Notes: generated by a model not told the origin, from the letters alone. A DNA stretch of 64,000 nucleotides from an uncultured Mycoplasmatota bacterium (GCA_900552495.1 URZY01000001.1:55502-119501); one strand, 5' to 3'; positions 29,926-40,598 are shown, counted from the first letter of the stretch. Program-made: numbers and translations.

Positions 29926-30276
29926 TTAAAATAACTTGTTATTTTTTTGTGAAGCAAGTCGCTGCTTACCTAAGTCAGCACAGCGTTTATTAAATTCTTC
30001 TAGAGAAATTGTTCCTTGGTTTAGACGTTCATTTAAAAGAGCAAGGGTGCGATCTTTCATTTGATTAGTATTACTGGAATCAGCGTAGTGTTGTTCTTTG
30101 ATGTCTTTAACAAAAATATTTTTTGATTGCGGTCTATTTTCGTTATATTCTTTTATTTTGTTCCACTTATTTTCAAAACTATTATTTAGTTGATTATTTG
30201 TGTTGTTTTGATTATTGATTGATGAGCGGTGTTGATTTGCAAAACCTCGTGATGGATTGTTGTTATTAATTATCAT
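29926..30276 (-). CDS. Hypothetical N/Q-rich protein with a SHOCT-like C-terminus.
   Basis: C-terminal GTISLEEFNKRCADL resembles the SHOCT motif. Low-complexity N-terminus. Confidence 0.45.
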   Translation of the reverse strand: MIINNNNPSRGFANQHRSSINNQNNTNNQLNNSFENKWNKIKEYNENRPQSKNIFVKDIKEQHYADSSNTNQMKDRTLALLNERLNQGTISLEEFNKRCADLGKQRLASQKNNKLF

Positions 30277-31586
30277 TACTCATCATCTCCATTTCTATTC
30301 TTAAATTGTAGGGTAATTGGAGTACCAGTAAAGTCAAAATTTTCTCTAATTTTATTTTCTAAATATCTTTCGTAAGAAAAGTGAACTAACCCCTTACTAT
30401 TAACTCTAAATGTGAATTTTGGTGGTTTGGTTCCAGTTTGAGAAGTAAAATATATTTTTAAACGTTTACCTTTATATGATGGTGGTAAGTTTAATTGATA
30501 GGCATCTAATATAACATTATTAATAACACTGGTTTTTATTTCACGTTTGATATTTTCTGCAACTTTAATAATTTCAGGCATTAAAGTATGAATTCTTTTT
30601 TTTGTAAGAGCAGATAAGTAAACAATAGGTGCGTAGGTCGCAAATTGGAATTCTGCTCGCATTAATTTTTCGAATTCTTGAATTGTGGTGTCTGTTACAG
30701 TATCCCATTTGTTTACTACAAAAATAAGACCTTTCCCACGTTCAATAGCATAACCAGCAATATGTTTATCATGTTCTTTGATTCCTTCTTCTGCATTAAT
30801 TACAACTAGACAAATATCACTACGATCAATGGCTTTTAGAGAACGAAGTAAACTATATTTTTCGATGGCTTCAAAAACTTTACCTTTTTTACGCATACCA
30901 GCGGTATCTATTAAAACGTATTCTTCATTATGATACTTTAAAACAGAATCAATTGAATCTCGGGTAGTTCCAGCGATATTTGAAACAACAACGCGATCTT
31001 CATTAAGTAAAGCATTCATGAGACTACTTTTTCCAACATTTGGACGACCAATAATAGAAAATTTTAGTCGATTATCAATGACTTCTTCATGTTCATGAAA
31101 ATCCATGGTAATAGTATCCATTAATTCAACATAACCCGTATTATGAATACTACTGATTGGAATATAAGTATCAAAACCTAATTCATAAAAATCATATATA
31201 TTATTTTTAGCATCTTTAACATCCATTTTATTAATGGCAACAATTACTCTTTTATTAGATTTTCTAAGAATATCTCTTACAATTAAATCATTGTGAGTTA
31301 GTCCTTCTTTTCCATCAACAATGAATACTACAACGTCGGCATCTTTAATAGCAATTTCTGCTTGCATTTTTATTTCGTCATTAAAAGTCATTTTTGTAGC
31401 ATCAATTCCACCAGTATCAACTAAATAAAATTTCTTTTTATTATAAATTGCTTCTTGGTAGATTCTATCTCTTGTGACACCAGGTATATCTTCAATGATA
31501 GAAACTTTTTTTCCAACTATTTTGTTGAAAAGTGTACTTTTTCCAACATTTGGTCTTCCAACTAAGGCAACTGTAGGCATAGACAT
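30276..31586 (-). CDS. der: Ribosome-associated double-domain GTPase Der (EngA).
   Basis: Two GTPase domains (GRPNVGKSTLFN and GRPNVGKSSLMN) and a KH-like C-terminus. GGAGGGGA RBS. Confidence 0.9.
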   Translation of the reverse strand: MSMPTVALVGRPNVGKSTLFNKIVGKKVSIIEDIPGVTRDRIYQEAIYNKKKFYLVDTGGIDATKMTFNDEIKMQAEIAIKDADVVVFIVDGKEGLTHNDLIVRDILRKSNKRVIVAINKMDVKDAKNNIYDFYELGFDTYIPISSIHNTGYVELMDTITMDFHEHEEVIDNRLKFSIIGRPNVGKSSLMNALLNEDRVVVSNIAGTTRDSIDSVLKYHNEEYVLIDTAGMRKKGKVFEAIEKYSLLRSLKAIDRSDICLVVINAEEGIKEHDKHIAGYAIERGKGLIFVVNKWDTVTDTTIQEFEKLMRAEFQFATYAPIVYLSALTKKRIHTLMPEIIKVAENIKREIKTSVINNVILDAYQLNLPPSYKGKRLKIYFTSQTGTKPPKFTFRVNSKGLVHFSYERYLENKIRENFDFTGTPITLQFKNRNGDDE

Positions 31587-31707
31587 AGTATCCCCTCCAA
31601 ATCAGCTTTAATTATATCATATTATTGTCAAGTTTCAAAGAAATTTTAGTTTCTTTTTCGAAGATGCTTATTTGTTGTGGTATAATCAAGATAAAGGATG
31701 GTGGATA

Positions 31708-32811
31708 ATGATGAGCAGGGAAGTAAAAAAAACAAATGATGTTGAATGGTTTAATAATCCTAATTTAATTACGACTTTTATTATTGGTTTAATTGCTTTA
31801 ATTGTATTACTTAGTCAAAGTTTTGCGATTAAAAATAATTTGAGTCCAGTTACAATGCTTGGGAGTATTTTAAATCATAATATAATGTATTTATTGGTTT
31901 GTATTTATTTTATAGCTTTAAAGACTAAGACTGGGAAGAAGTATTTTGATTTTTTAAATATATTTTTAATTGTTTTATACTTATTAGCAGCGGTTACATC
32001 TTTACTTACAGTTTTTCAGTCGTTTGGGCTTTCTAGTTTACTACAATTTATGATTGATATTTTAATATTAATTTATTTATTTCATACATTACTACGTAAT
32101 ACGAGATTATGGGTTAATGCGGAGTTAGGAAAATCGCCGTTTAATGAAATCTCTAATAATGGTTATTTTAGTACAATTTTAATTTTGGCGATTACATTAT
32201 TAGCGGTTGATTTAATATCTAGTACTAGTTTTGATGGAACGGTACTATCATTATTAGATACGTTTTATGTTGGATTGTTTGTAAGGTATGTGTATTTATA
32301 TGGAATGTATTTAGATAAGAAGAAGATAGCAATAAATAATGATGGTAGTTTTGATGAAATAAAAGAGAAGATCGAGAAGACAGTAGATGATTTTGTTCAA
32401 GATCATAATTTGGATGAGAAGTATGATAGTATAAAGAATAAAGTTAGTGATATATCTGAGGATGTTAGTGAGAAAGTTAATGATATTAAGGAAGATATTC
32501 AAGATATTATTAAAGATAATAAGTTAGATGAAAAATTGGATAAGGCAAAAGATGTGGTAAGTAATTTTGTTGAAGATGTTGTAGATGAAGCAAATGAATT
32601 AACAGAAAAAGCTGTCAAGATGTATAAAGATTCTGAATTAGATGAAAAACTTAGTGAACTTCCGGAAAAATCTAAAGAAGTTGTTGCTAAGATTGTAGAG
32701 AATGATAAGAAGACTGATAAAAGTGATAAGGTATTGAAAAAAGAGATAAAAAGTCGAAAAAAACCAATAAAGAAGAAAGATAATAAAACTACTAAGAAGG
32801 TGAGTAAGTAG
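31708..32811 (+). CDS. Polytopic membrane protein with a C-terminal charged repeat region.
   Basis: Several TM helices, then about 10 imperfect 11-aa K/D/E-rich repeats (DxxxKVxDIxED...). An extended -10 (TGGTATAAT) lies upstream. Confidence 0.55.
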   Translation: MMSREVKKTNDVEWFNNPNLITTFIIGLIALIVLLSQSFAIKNNLSPVTMLGSILNHNIMYLLVCIYFIALKTKTGKKYFDFLNIFLIVLYLLAAVTSLLTVFQSFGLSSLLQFMIDILILIYLFHTLLRNTRLWVNAELGKSPFNEISNNGYFSTILILAITLLAVDLISSTSFDGTVLSLLDTFYVGLFVRYVYLYGMYLDKKKIAINNDGSFDEIKEKIEKTVDDFVQDHNLDEKYDSIKNKVSDISEDVSEKVNDIKEDIQDIIKDNKLDEKLDKAKDVVSNFVEDVVDEANELTEKAVKMYKDSELDEKLSELPEKSKEVVAKIVENDKKTDKSDKVLKKEIKSRKKPIKKKDNKTTKKVSK

Positions 32812-32813
32812 AT

Positions 32814-33149
32814 ATGAATATGTTTGAGGAAATTGAAAGATCAAAAACAGAGTTACCAAAGGTTAATACGATTCATAAAAGTTTAAGAAAATTAACTTTT
32901 AATTTTTATCAGATATTTGCTGTCGTTGTATTTTTAATTATTTTTATGGTTGGAATTTTGTTTGGAAATTTATTTCCAACCTGTGGTTCTAGTTCTACTT
33001 TGTACTCAGGAACTTGTCTAACAACAGAGTTTAATTTTTCGTTGATGTTGTTTATTTGGTTTTGTGGTTTAATATTGTGTTTGTTTATTTTCGCTATAGG
33101 ACATATTATTCAATTATTGGAAGCCATTAACAAGAAACTAAAAAAGTAA
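32814..33149 (+). CDS. Small membrane protein, 111 aa.
   Basis: Two hydrophobic helices, 3 nt after the upstream gene. Confidence 0.45.
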   Translation: MNMFEEIERSKTELPKVNTIHKSLRKLTFNFYQIFAVVVFLIIFMVGILFGNLFPTCGSSSTLYSGTCLTTEFNFSLMLFIWFCGLILCLFIFAIGHIIQLLEAINKKLKK

Positions 33150-33477
33150 TTGTGATTTATAGAAGAAGAAAATAAATTCTTCTTTTTTGTGATAGGTTGA
33201 GATTACAATAGAAAGAAAAAATATATTATTTAAGTAGTTAAATATGTAATATATGTGGCCATAAAAAGAAAAAGTATTTGGAACAAAAATGTGGGTTTAC
33301 CAAAACAGAAAAACTTAGGTGGCGACGTCTAAGATAAATAAATTTATTTTATTCTTTTGTTCTTGTTTAAAATAATAAAATGTTGTTGATATTACTTGCA
33401 TTTGTCTATAAAGTATGGTAATTTTAATATGTAAGCATAACATAATGCTTAATTAAAAATAGGGAGGTAAATTTAGT

Positions 33478-33750
33478 ATGAAAAAAGTTGAATTAGTAGA
33501 AGCTGTTGCTGAAGCTGCTGGATTAACTAAAGCTGATGCTACAAAAGCTATCGATGCTACATTCGCTGCTATTACAGAAGCACTAGTTAAAGGAGATAAA
33601 GTACCACTAGTTGGTTTTGGAACTTTTGCTGTTTCTGAAAGAGCTGCTCGTGAAGGACGTAATCCAAGAACTGGTGAAGTTGTTAAGATCGATGCTAGAA
33701 AAGCTGTTACTTTCAAAGCTGGTACAGCATTAAAAGATGCTGTAAACTAA
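33478..33750 (+). CDS. hup: DNA-binding protein HU.
   Basis: MKKVELVEAVAEAAGLTKADATKAIDATFAAITEAL...GFGTFAVSERAAREGRNPRTGE is the classic HU sequence. Strong RBS GGGAGG. Confidence 0.95.
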   Translation: MKKVELVEAVAEAAGLTKADATKAIDATFAAITEALVKGDKVPLVGFGTFAVSERAAREGRNPRTGEVVKIDARKAVTFKAGTALKDAVN

Positions 33751-33850
33751 TATTAAATTTAGTTAAAAAAGAACCTATAAGTAGGTTCTTTTCTTTTGAT
33801 ATGGTATAATATATTTAGGAGTAAGAGATGAATACAAGGTGGTGATATCA

Positions 33851-34942
33851 TTGAAGGAAGTTGCTTTAAAAGTAATTGAAGAAATTTGTTCTCATGGGTT
33901 CTTAGCTTATATTGTAGGTGGATTTGTTAGAGATAATATATTAGGCATAGACTCTAATGATATTGATATTACAACGAATGCAACCCCTAAAGAGATTAAA
34001 GAAATATTTGCAGATAGCTGTTTACCTAGTGAGGATTATGGTTCAGTTACAGTAATGATGAAAGGTGTAAGATTTGAAATAACAACATTCCGAAAGGAAA
34101 TTGGTTATGTTGATAATAGGAGACCGGCAAGTATTAAGTATATAGATAATTTATATGAAGATTTATTGCGCAGAGATTTTACTATTAATACTATTTGTAT
34201 GGATAAGAATGGAGAAATAGTAGACTTGCTTAATGGACGAGAGGACTTAGAAAAAAGGGTGATTAGGACAGTTGGTGATGCAAGAATTAGGTTTGAAGAG
34301 GATGTTTTACGAATCCTTAGAGCTGTAAGATTTGCGACTATTTTAGATTTTAAGTTAGATATAGAGGTTATTGAAGCGATAAAAGAGCAAAGCTATTTAT
34401 TAGATACTTTGTCTATTAACCGCAAAAAGGAAGAATTAGATAAAATTTTTTCTAGTCCACAAGCGGATAGAGGGATTGAACTTTTATTAGCATTGGGATT
34501 AGATAAACAATTAAAATTACCTAATTTACCTAAAGTTAAGTGTACTAGTAGTTTAATTGGTGTTTGGACTGTGTTAGATGCATTGGATGTATATCCTTTC
34601 TCTAGTAATGAAAAGGAGCTTATAAAGGCTGTTAAAGAGGCAATGAGTCATAATAATTTAGATCCATATGTATTATATAAATATGGCTTATATGCAAATA
34701 GTGTTGCAGGAGAAATTAAAGGTTTAGATATTAAAAATATTACAGAAGCATATAATAATTTAGCTATTCAAAGTAAAAAGGATATTTTGATTACTAGTCA
34801 AGAGATTATGGAATTGTTGAATAGAGAGCCAGGTAGCTATATTAAAGATATATATAGTGATTTGGAAAAAGAAATATTATATAGAAGACTTAAGAATGAG
34901 AAGGATAGAATTATAGAATATATCGAAAGTAAGTATAGATAG
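33851..34942 (+). CDS. cca: CCA-adding tRNA nucleotidyltransferase.
   Basis: GGFVRDNILG...DIDITT nucleotidyltransferase motif and HD-like C-terminus. Start at TTG 33851 (AAGGTGGTGA RBS) preferred over the track's GTG at 33839. Confidence 0.8.
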   Translation: MKEVALKVIEEICSHGFLAYIVGGFVRDNILGIDSNDIDITTNATPKEIKEIFADSCLPSEDYGSVTVMMKGVRFEITTFRKEIGYVDNRRPASIKYIDNLYEDLLRRDFTINTICMDKNGEIVDLLNGREDLEKRVIRTVGDARIRFEEDVLRILRAVRFATILDFKLDIEVIEAIKEQSYLLDTLSINRKKEELDKIFSSPQADRGIELLLALGLDKQLKLPNLPKVKCTSSLIGVWTVLDALDVYPFSSNEKELIKAVKEAMSHNNLDPYVLYKYGLYANSVAGEIKGLDIKNITEAYNNLAIQSKKDILITSQEIMELLNREPGSYIKDIYSDLEKEILYRRLKNEKDRIIEYIESKYR

Positions 34943-35002
34943 TGGTTCTATCTTTTTTTCTTAGTTTATGATATAATATGAACATTAATGGAGATGATAA
35001 TG

Positions 35003-35680
35003 ATGAAAAGTTCGAAGTTAATAGAAATATTTAAACAGGGGAATATGGTTATTCCAATTTATTTTTTACAGCATTATAGAGACTTTAAATTATCTATGGA
35101 AGAATTTATATTTTTAATGTATTTATATAATATGGGGAATAAGTTTTTGTTTGATCCTGTTAAGTTTAGTAGTGATTTAAATATGGAACTTACGGAAGTA
35201 ATGAATTATGTAGGTGTTTTAACGGATAAGCATTTTATTAGAGTTGAAGTTTTAAAGAATGAGAAGGGATTAATGGAAGAGGTTGTAATTATGGAAGAAT
35301 TTTATAATAAATTATCTATGATTACGATAGATGAAGTTAATAAGACTTCTATTAATGATAATTCGAATATTTTTGAAATAATAGAGAAAGAATTTGGTCG
35401 GACTTTGAGTCCAATAGAATTTGAAATTATTAAAGCTTGGCTTGATGGAGGTTTTAGTGAGGAACTTATTAAAGAGGCTATAAAAGAAGCAACTATGAAT
35501 AATGTTTCTAATTTACGGTATATTGATAAGATTTTATTTGAATGGGGGAAAGCTGGGATTAAGAGTTCTGCGGATGTGGAAAAGAATCGTAAGATGCGAA
35601 ATGATGTTAAAAACAAACACGACGAAAATATAGATTTAGATATAATTGATTATAATTGGTTTGATGATGATGACGAGTAA
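35003..35680 (+). CDS. dnaD: DnaD-family replication initiation / membrane attachment protein.
   Basis: DnaD C-terminal domain (IEKEFGRTLSPIEFEIIKAWLDGGFSEELIKEAIKEA). Followed by nth as in B. subtilis. A -10 TATAAT at ~34971 favours an internal Met start. Confidence 0.75.
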   Translation: MKSSKLIEIFKQGNMVIPIYFLQHYRDFKLSMEEFIFLMYLYNMGNKFLFDPVKFSSDLNMELTEVMNYVGVLTDKHFIRVEVLKNEKGLMEEVVIMEEFYNKLSMITIDEVNKTSINDNSNIFEIIEKEFGRTLSPIEFEIIKAWLDGGFSEELIKEAIKEATMNNVSNLRYIDKILFEWGKAGIKSSADVEKNRKMRNDVKNKHDENIDLDIIDYNWFDDDDE

Positions 35681-36296
35681 AATTGAAGAATATTTAGATT
35701 ATTTGTTTCCTGATCCAAAATGTGAACTTAATTATAATAATGATTATGAATTGTTGATTGCAATAATGCTTAGTGCGCAATCTACAGATAAAAGAGTAAA
35801 TACCGTAACTCCAATTATATTTTCTAGGTATAAGAATTTAGAGGAATTAAAGAAAGCTGATGTTTCAGATTTGGAGAATATTATTAGACCAGTTGGTTCT
35901 TTTCGAAAAAAGGCTTCTTATACTAAAGAGATTGCTCGAATTTTGGTAGATGAATACGATGGTGTTGTTCCGACCGAAAGAGAAAGATTAGAGGCTTTGC
36001 CTGGAATAGGGCGAAAAACAGTTAATGTATTTTTAAGTGAGTTCTATGGTGTTGCAGCCATTGCTGTTGATACACATGTGGAAAGAGTGTCGAAACGTTT
36101 AAAATTGGCTTATCAAAAAGATGATGTTCTAACAATAGAGAAGAAATTAATGCGGAAATTTGATAAAAAAGTATGGGGAAGGAGACATCTACAATTAGTT
36201 TTATTTGGGAGGTATTATTGTAAGGCTGTAAAACCGGAGTGTAAGAATTGTAAATTGAAAGACATTTGTAGAGAAAAAAAGAAGAATCTTGATTGA
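35664..36296 (+). CDS. nth: Endonuclease III.
   Basis: HhH-GPD motif LPGIGRKTVNVFL...AVDTHVERV and a C-terminal 4Fe-4S Cys cluster (CxxxxxxCxxCxxxxxC). Confidence 0.9.
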   Translation: MMMTSKIEEYLDYLFPDPKCELNYNNDYELLIAIMLSAQSTDKRVNTVTPIIFSRYKNLEELKKADVSDLENIIRPVGSFRKKASYTKEIARILVDEYDGVVPTERERLEALPGIGRKTVNVFLSEFYGVAAIAVDTHVERVSKRLKLAYQKDDVLTIEKKLMRKFDKKVWGRRHLQLVLFGRYYCKAVKPECKNCKLKDICREKKKNLD

Positions 36297-36304
36297 TTCT
36301 TCTT

Positions 36305-39019
36305 TTATGTTGTTGGTTCCGGAGATGGTGATGGCGAAGGTGATGGTTCTGGTTCCGGTGTTTCAGCTTCTTCTTTTAGAGTATACGAAGCTGCGGCACT
36401 TTGAATACCACTATATGATTTATAAGTTGCAACAACGGTATATGTAGAATATGGACTCGTTGTTTCAAAGGTATAACTTGTTTTTGTTGTCCAGTCGAGT
36501 AGGACGCCATCTTTATAGATATTATAACCAAAACTACCATATTCTTCCTTAGCTTGGGAACTTTGTGCGACAGGGCTCCAACTTAAAGTAACACGATTAG
36601 TTAATTTATTGTAAGTTGCTTTAAAATTAGATGGGGTTGCAAGTGGTGGTTCATCATATTCAGTAGGAACATATTTTGTTTTAAAGTATTCATAGACAAC
36701 ATTTTTTGTTGTTGGAGAAGCTAATTTTGCTGGATTGGATCCCATTGCAACGGCAACCTTTGTTACACTGGATGGTTGTTTAAATGCAGCTCTATTGGAC
36801 TCCATAGCTCCTTGTTTAATTAAAGCATTAAAGATTTGATCCTTTCGTCTTGAGTCTGGGAAGTTATGTAGTACATAGACTGGATCGATTTTGTCATAAC
36901 CATACCACATTGCGACAGCTGTTTTAGTTGAGTATCCAACTGCCCAAGAGTCTTTGATAGCATCATCTGGTAAACCTTTACTAGCCATTAAGTCATATGG
37001 GTAGTTAGTCGTTCCTGTTTTTACAGCAACATTGCTTGGTGTACCACCATTTAGGGCAACGTCTTGTAAAACATCTGAAATCATAAATGCTGTTGCTTCA
37101 GACATGGCTTTTCTTTTTATAACATAATTGTCAGAGGTACGTTCGTGAGTTTCACCAGTTGTTCTATTAATAATTTTTGAAACACTATATGGTTCGTTGT
37201 AATAACCACCATTAGCAAAAGCAGAATAAGCAGCGGCCATATCTAATGGTGAAACTCCGTCGAAGGCTCCTATTGAATGAGCTTCATGGGCTTTACCGCC
37301 AGATAATTCTGGTTCAATTCCTAGATTTGTAACAAATTCTACAATTTTTTTATTATCAACTTGTTGAAATGCTTTTAAGGCTGGAATGTTACGTGATGTT
37401 GCAAGTGCACGTCTTAGAGTGATGGTTCCATAGTATCCACCATCCCAGTTTTTAATTGATTGCCCTGATGAATATTGATATGGTGAGTCGTCAAACAATG
37501 TGTAAGTAGACCAGTTGTTATATTCAATACCTGGACCATAGTCGAATAATGGTTTTGCTGATGAACCAGGTTGACGTTTGTTATCAGTGGCGTAATTCCA
37601 GTTATCTATTTGTTTGCTGGCACGCTTTCCAATGTCTCGTCCAGCCCCAATAGCAAGAATTTTACCTGTTTCCGTATCCATAACGGCAACTCCGCATTGG
37701 ACTACATCATTAATCCAAGTATAAGCTTCACCACTTAGTACACGATTTACAGCATCTTGTTTGGTTGGATCGAGATTTGTGTATACTTTTAATGAAGTGG
37801 TATATGGATTAACTTTGTATTTTGCTTTTACTTCTTCTACAACCGTATCTATATAACCTTGGTATTTGTCATATTTTGGGTTGGATGCAGAAGAGTCGAC
37901 TAGTGATTCGACGGGAATACTATTTGCCATTTCTTTTTCTTCTTCAGTTATATATCCATGGCGTTCCATTAAATATAGTACGGTGCTACGACGTTTTTCA
38001 GCATTTTCTGGGTTTGTGTCTGGTCGATAGTAGTTAGGAGACTTAAACATTCCAGCGATAATAGCTGCTTCACTTAAGTTAAGTTCACTAACTTTTTTTC
38101 CAAAGTAAACTTCACTTGCTTCTGATACACCATATATATTTCCACCTAGGAAATGGTTATTAACATAGAATTCTATTATTTCTTGTTTTGTGTATTTTTT
38201 TTCTAATTTGAATATTGCGATGTAAATGTCTTGAAATTTACGAGCAATTCCTTCAAGGTTCATTCCTGATGCTATTTCACCATCTTCTTGACGAGAGAAG
38301 GTATTTTTAGCAACTTGCATTGTAATAGTAGAAGCACCACCAGCGTCGGAACTTCCTAATACTTGCCCAATTGATGCTTTTAAGAAACGTGGTGCATCAA
38401 AGCCGTTGTGTTGGAAGAATCTTGAGTCTTCGGTTGCTATAATAGCATCAACTAAAACTTCTGGTAATTCTTCATATGTAACCTTAGTTCTTTGCTCAGT
38501 CCCAAGTTTAGCAAAAACATCACCATTAATATCATATAATAGTGTTGTCTCTGCTGTTTGCAGACCTTTTTCTTTTTCAGCAAATTCTGGATCAGCAATA
38601 CTCTTTACGTATAAGATAAAGGCTCCGAACGCTACAATTCCTAAAATACCGATTGTTAGGATAAAAATAATAATGATATTGACTAATTTTCGGCGTTTGG
38701 CATTGTTTTTTACTTTTCTTAATAATAAACCAACTCCGATAATTAGACCAGCACCTAGCGTTGCTATGGCCGCAAATTCAATGCCTAGGGCAATATAAAC
38801 AATGATAATTGCTAAAACCAATAGTCCTAAAGCAATAAGTTTGTATTGTTTATCTTGTTTGGTATCTTTAATACTTACTCTTTTTTTAATTTGATTTGAA
38901 TCTACTTTGCTATTGTTAGTACTAGTTTTTTTGACAGGGAGTCTCTTTTTTATTTGACTTTTTAAACTAGAACGTTTAGGAGTAGTTCTTTTTGTTTTTC
39001 CTTTTACTTCTTTTTGCAT
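36305..39019 (-). CDS. ponA: Class A penicillin-binding protein (PBP1A/1B; transglycosylase plus transpeptidase) with a C-terminal FN3-like domain and PE/PS repeat tail.
   Basis: Glycosyltransferase-51 motifs (EDSRFFQHNGFD, GASTITMQ). Transpeptidase SxxK/SxN/KTG motifs (KTGTTNYP). C-terminal PEPEPSPSPSPSPEPTT. GGAGGT RBS upstream of the MQKEVKG start. Confidence 0.9.
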   Translation of the reverse strand: MQKEVKGKTKRTTPKRSSLKSQIKKRLPVKKTSTNNSKVDSNQIKKRVSIKDTKQDKQYKLIALGLLVLAIIIVYIALGIEFAAIATLGAGLIIGVGLLLRKVKNNAKRRKLVNIIIIFILTIGILGIVAFGAFILYVKSIADPEFAEKEKGLQTAETTLLYDINGDVFAKLGTEQRTKVTYEELPEVLVDAIIATEDSRFFQHNGFDAPRFLKASIGQVLGSSDAGGASTITMQVAKNTFSRQEDGEIASGMNLEGIARKFQDIYIAIFKLEKKYTKQEIIEFYVNNHFLGGNIYGVSEASEVYFGKKVSELNLSEAAIIAGMFKSPNYYRPDTNPENAEKRRSTVLYLMERHGYITEEEKEMANSIPVESLVDSSASNPKYDKYQGYIDTVVEEVKAKYKVNPYTTSLKVYTNLDPTKQDAVNRVLSGEAYTWINDVVQCGVAVMDTETGKILAIGAGRDIGKRASKQIDNWNYATDNKRQPGSSAKPLFDYGPGIEYNNWSTYTLFDDSPYQYSSGQSIKNWDGGYYGTITLRRALATSRNIPALKAFQQVDNKKIVEFVTNLGIEPELSGGKAHEAHSIGAFDGVSPLDMAAAYSAFANGGYYNEPYSVSKIINRTTGETHERTSDNYVIKRKAMSEATAFMISDVLQDVALNGGTPSNVAVKTGTTNYPYDLMASKGLPDDAIKDSWAVGYSTKTAVAMWYGYDKIDPVYVLHNFPDSRRKDQIFNALIKQGAMESNRAAFKQPSSVTKVAVAMGSNPAKLASPTTKNVVYEYFKTKYVPTEYDEPPLATPSNFKATYNKLTNRVTLSWSPVAQSSQAKEEYGSFGYNIYKDGVLLDWTTKTSYTFETTSPYSTYTVVATYKSYSGIQSAAASYTLKEEAETPEPEPSPSPSPSPEPTT

Positions 39020-39020
39020 T

Positions 39021-39590
39021 TTATTTACCTCCAATTAAGTTATCTACAATCTTTAAATAATCAATCCGTGGTTGATATCCATCTTTAATTAGATGAGCTT
39101 GACTTCTAAAAAAGTCAATTGGAATTGATTGCCTATCTGTTGTCTCTAAAAAAATATTTAGTTTTTTTGCTGATAATAGATAGGTTTCATTTAAGGTTGT
39201 GAATCTTACAATTAAAAAAGCAATTCCGTGATGTCTATCTATGTTTTTTAAATGTTCTATCTGATGTGGATGAATATTTGTAAGAGCAAATGCAGTTGAA
39301 CTCTTTGTTTCCTTAGCTTCAAAGTCGATATAAAAGCCTTTATACAAACCATTGTAGTCTGTGGTAGATGGTGTTGTAAAAAAGCCTTCTTTAATCATGG
39401 CTTTATTTCTTGAAGGATAATCCACTTTAGTGATTTTTATAGGGGTAGGCTTTTTGTATATATAAGCTTTGTCTATCTCTCTATAATATTCATTTGATAG
39501 GTTAAGCTCATTTTCTAGAGTCATACCTCTATTTTTATGAGTAGTTATACTAACCGTAGACATTCTTTTAATTCCATTTGGATAGTTCAT
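39021..39590 (-). CDS. recU: Holliday junction resolvase RecU.
   Basis: YPNG...NRGMTLENELN...YY matches the RecU N-terminus. Adjacent to ponA as in Bacilli. Confidence 0.9.
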   Translation of the reverse strand: MNYPNGIKRMSTVSITTHKNRGMTLENELNLSNEYYREIDKAYIYKKPTPIKITKVDYPSRNKAMIKEGFFTTPSTTDYNGLYKGFYIDFEAKETKSSTAFALTNIHPHQIEHLKNIDRHHGIAFLIVRFTTLNETYLLSAKKLNIFLETTDRQSIPIDFFRSQAHLIKDGYQPRIDYLKIVDNLIGGK

Positions 39591-39840
39591 CTAATCACCT
39601 ATGTTTTATTATACTATAAAGACTGGAAAAATTCTATATTATTTCAATGATATTTTTATGGAATTTTTTATCTAACTTGGTCGAATTTATGATTTTTGTT
39701 AAAAAAAGTATTAAGATGGTTTTGGGTGATAAAAAATATGAATAATTTTGAGGTTGTGAGGTTATTGGGGAGAATGCTTGATAATACAAGAGAAATATCG
39801 ATTTCTTCAAGAATTCACTATATAAAGACGGCGTTAATAA

Positions 39841-39869
39841 TTGACAAAAACAGTCATTGATGTAATAAT
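39841..39869 (+). promoter_or_regulatory. Sigma-A-type promoter for gpsB (and probably rnpB read-through).
   Basis: TTGACA, 17 nt spacer, TGTAATAAT extended -10. Confidence 0.55.
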
Positions 39870-39897
39870 ATTAGCATAAGGGAAAAAGGTGATATAT

Positions 39898-40239
39898 ATG
39901 TATCAAAATAAAATTTCACTTATGCCACAAGATATCTTAAAAAAAGAGTTTAAAATTGACACTCGAGGATATCGTTTAAAGGAAGTTGATCAATTTTTGG
40001 ATGTTATCATTGATGACTATGAACAATTTCTAAATATGATAGATGCTTTAGAAAAGGAAAAGGCTGATTTGCTTGCGGAGATTATGTCATTGAAACAGGA
40101 ACTTCGTAATACTAAGCTTAGTATGGAAGTTGTTAAAAACAATGTTGATAGTTCAGAAGTTACAAATGTTGATATTATCCGTAGATTATCACAACTTGAA
40201 AAGATGGTGTATGGTTTGAAATCTAAAAATGAAGATTAA
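39898..40239 (+). CDS. gpsB: Cell-cycle protein GpsB (DivIVA-domain).
   Basis: ILKKEFKIDTRGYRLKEVDQFLDVIIDDYE matches the DivIVA/GpsB N-domain. Sits beside recU-ponA and upstream of rnpB as in B. subtilis. Confidence 0.85.
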   Translation: MYQNKISLMPQDILKKEFKIDTRGYRLKEVDQFLDVIIDDYEQFLNMIDALEKEKADLLAEIMSLKQELRNTKLSMEVVKNNVDSSEVTNVDIIRRLSQLEKMVYGLKSKNED

Positions 40240-40242
40240 GTA

Positions 40243-40598
40243 ATAACAAGTAATATATAGACAAACGCTGGGATTCTTGAGATCCTTGAGGAAAGTCCAT
40301 GCTCTCACAGTCTGCGATGACTGTAGTGTTCGTGCCTAGGAAAAAAATAACCTAGGGTAGTTTTTTCTAACGGCGGAGAAGAACCTAAGTTTTTAATATG
40401 GTTCTATCCATAAAGTGCCACAGAGACGAATTCTTTGGAAACGAAGAGGTGAAACGTGGTAAACCCCGCGAGAGAGAAATCCAAATTTGGTAGGAGAGCT
40501 CTAACGAAGGAAGCAAACGGAGTTAGGGACCGGGCAACTGGTAGATAAATGTTTGTCACCTAGAAATAGGAACAGAACATGGCTTATTTATATTATTG
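40243..40598 (+). ncRNA. rnpB: RNase P RNA, type B (Bacillus-type).
   Basis: Conserved blocks GAGGAAAGUCCAUGCUC, GUAGUGUUCGUGCCUAG, AAAGUGCCACAGAGACGAA, GGUAAACCCCGCGAGAGAGAAAUCCAAAUUUGGUAGG and ACAUGGCUUA. 5'/3' ends chosen by P1 complementarity, roughly +/-5 nt. Confidence 0.9.

Noticed and set aside
32311-32859. ORFs 32311..32502(-) and 32638..32859(-) antisense to the repeat-containing membrane protein.
   Set aside because: Low-complexity antisense of a K/D/E repeat region.
33453-33716. ORF antisense to hup.
   Set aside because: HU is unambiguous on the plus strand.
35302-35616. ORF antisense to dnaD.
   Set aside because: Shadow ORF.
37822-38798. ORFs 37822..38037(+) and 38406..38798(+) antisense to ponA.
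   Set aside because: ponA is a 900-aa conserved gene on the minus strand.
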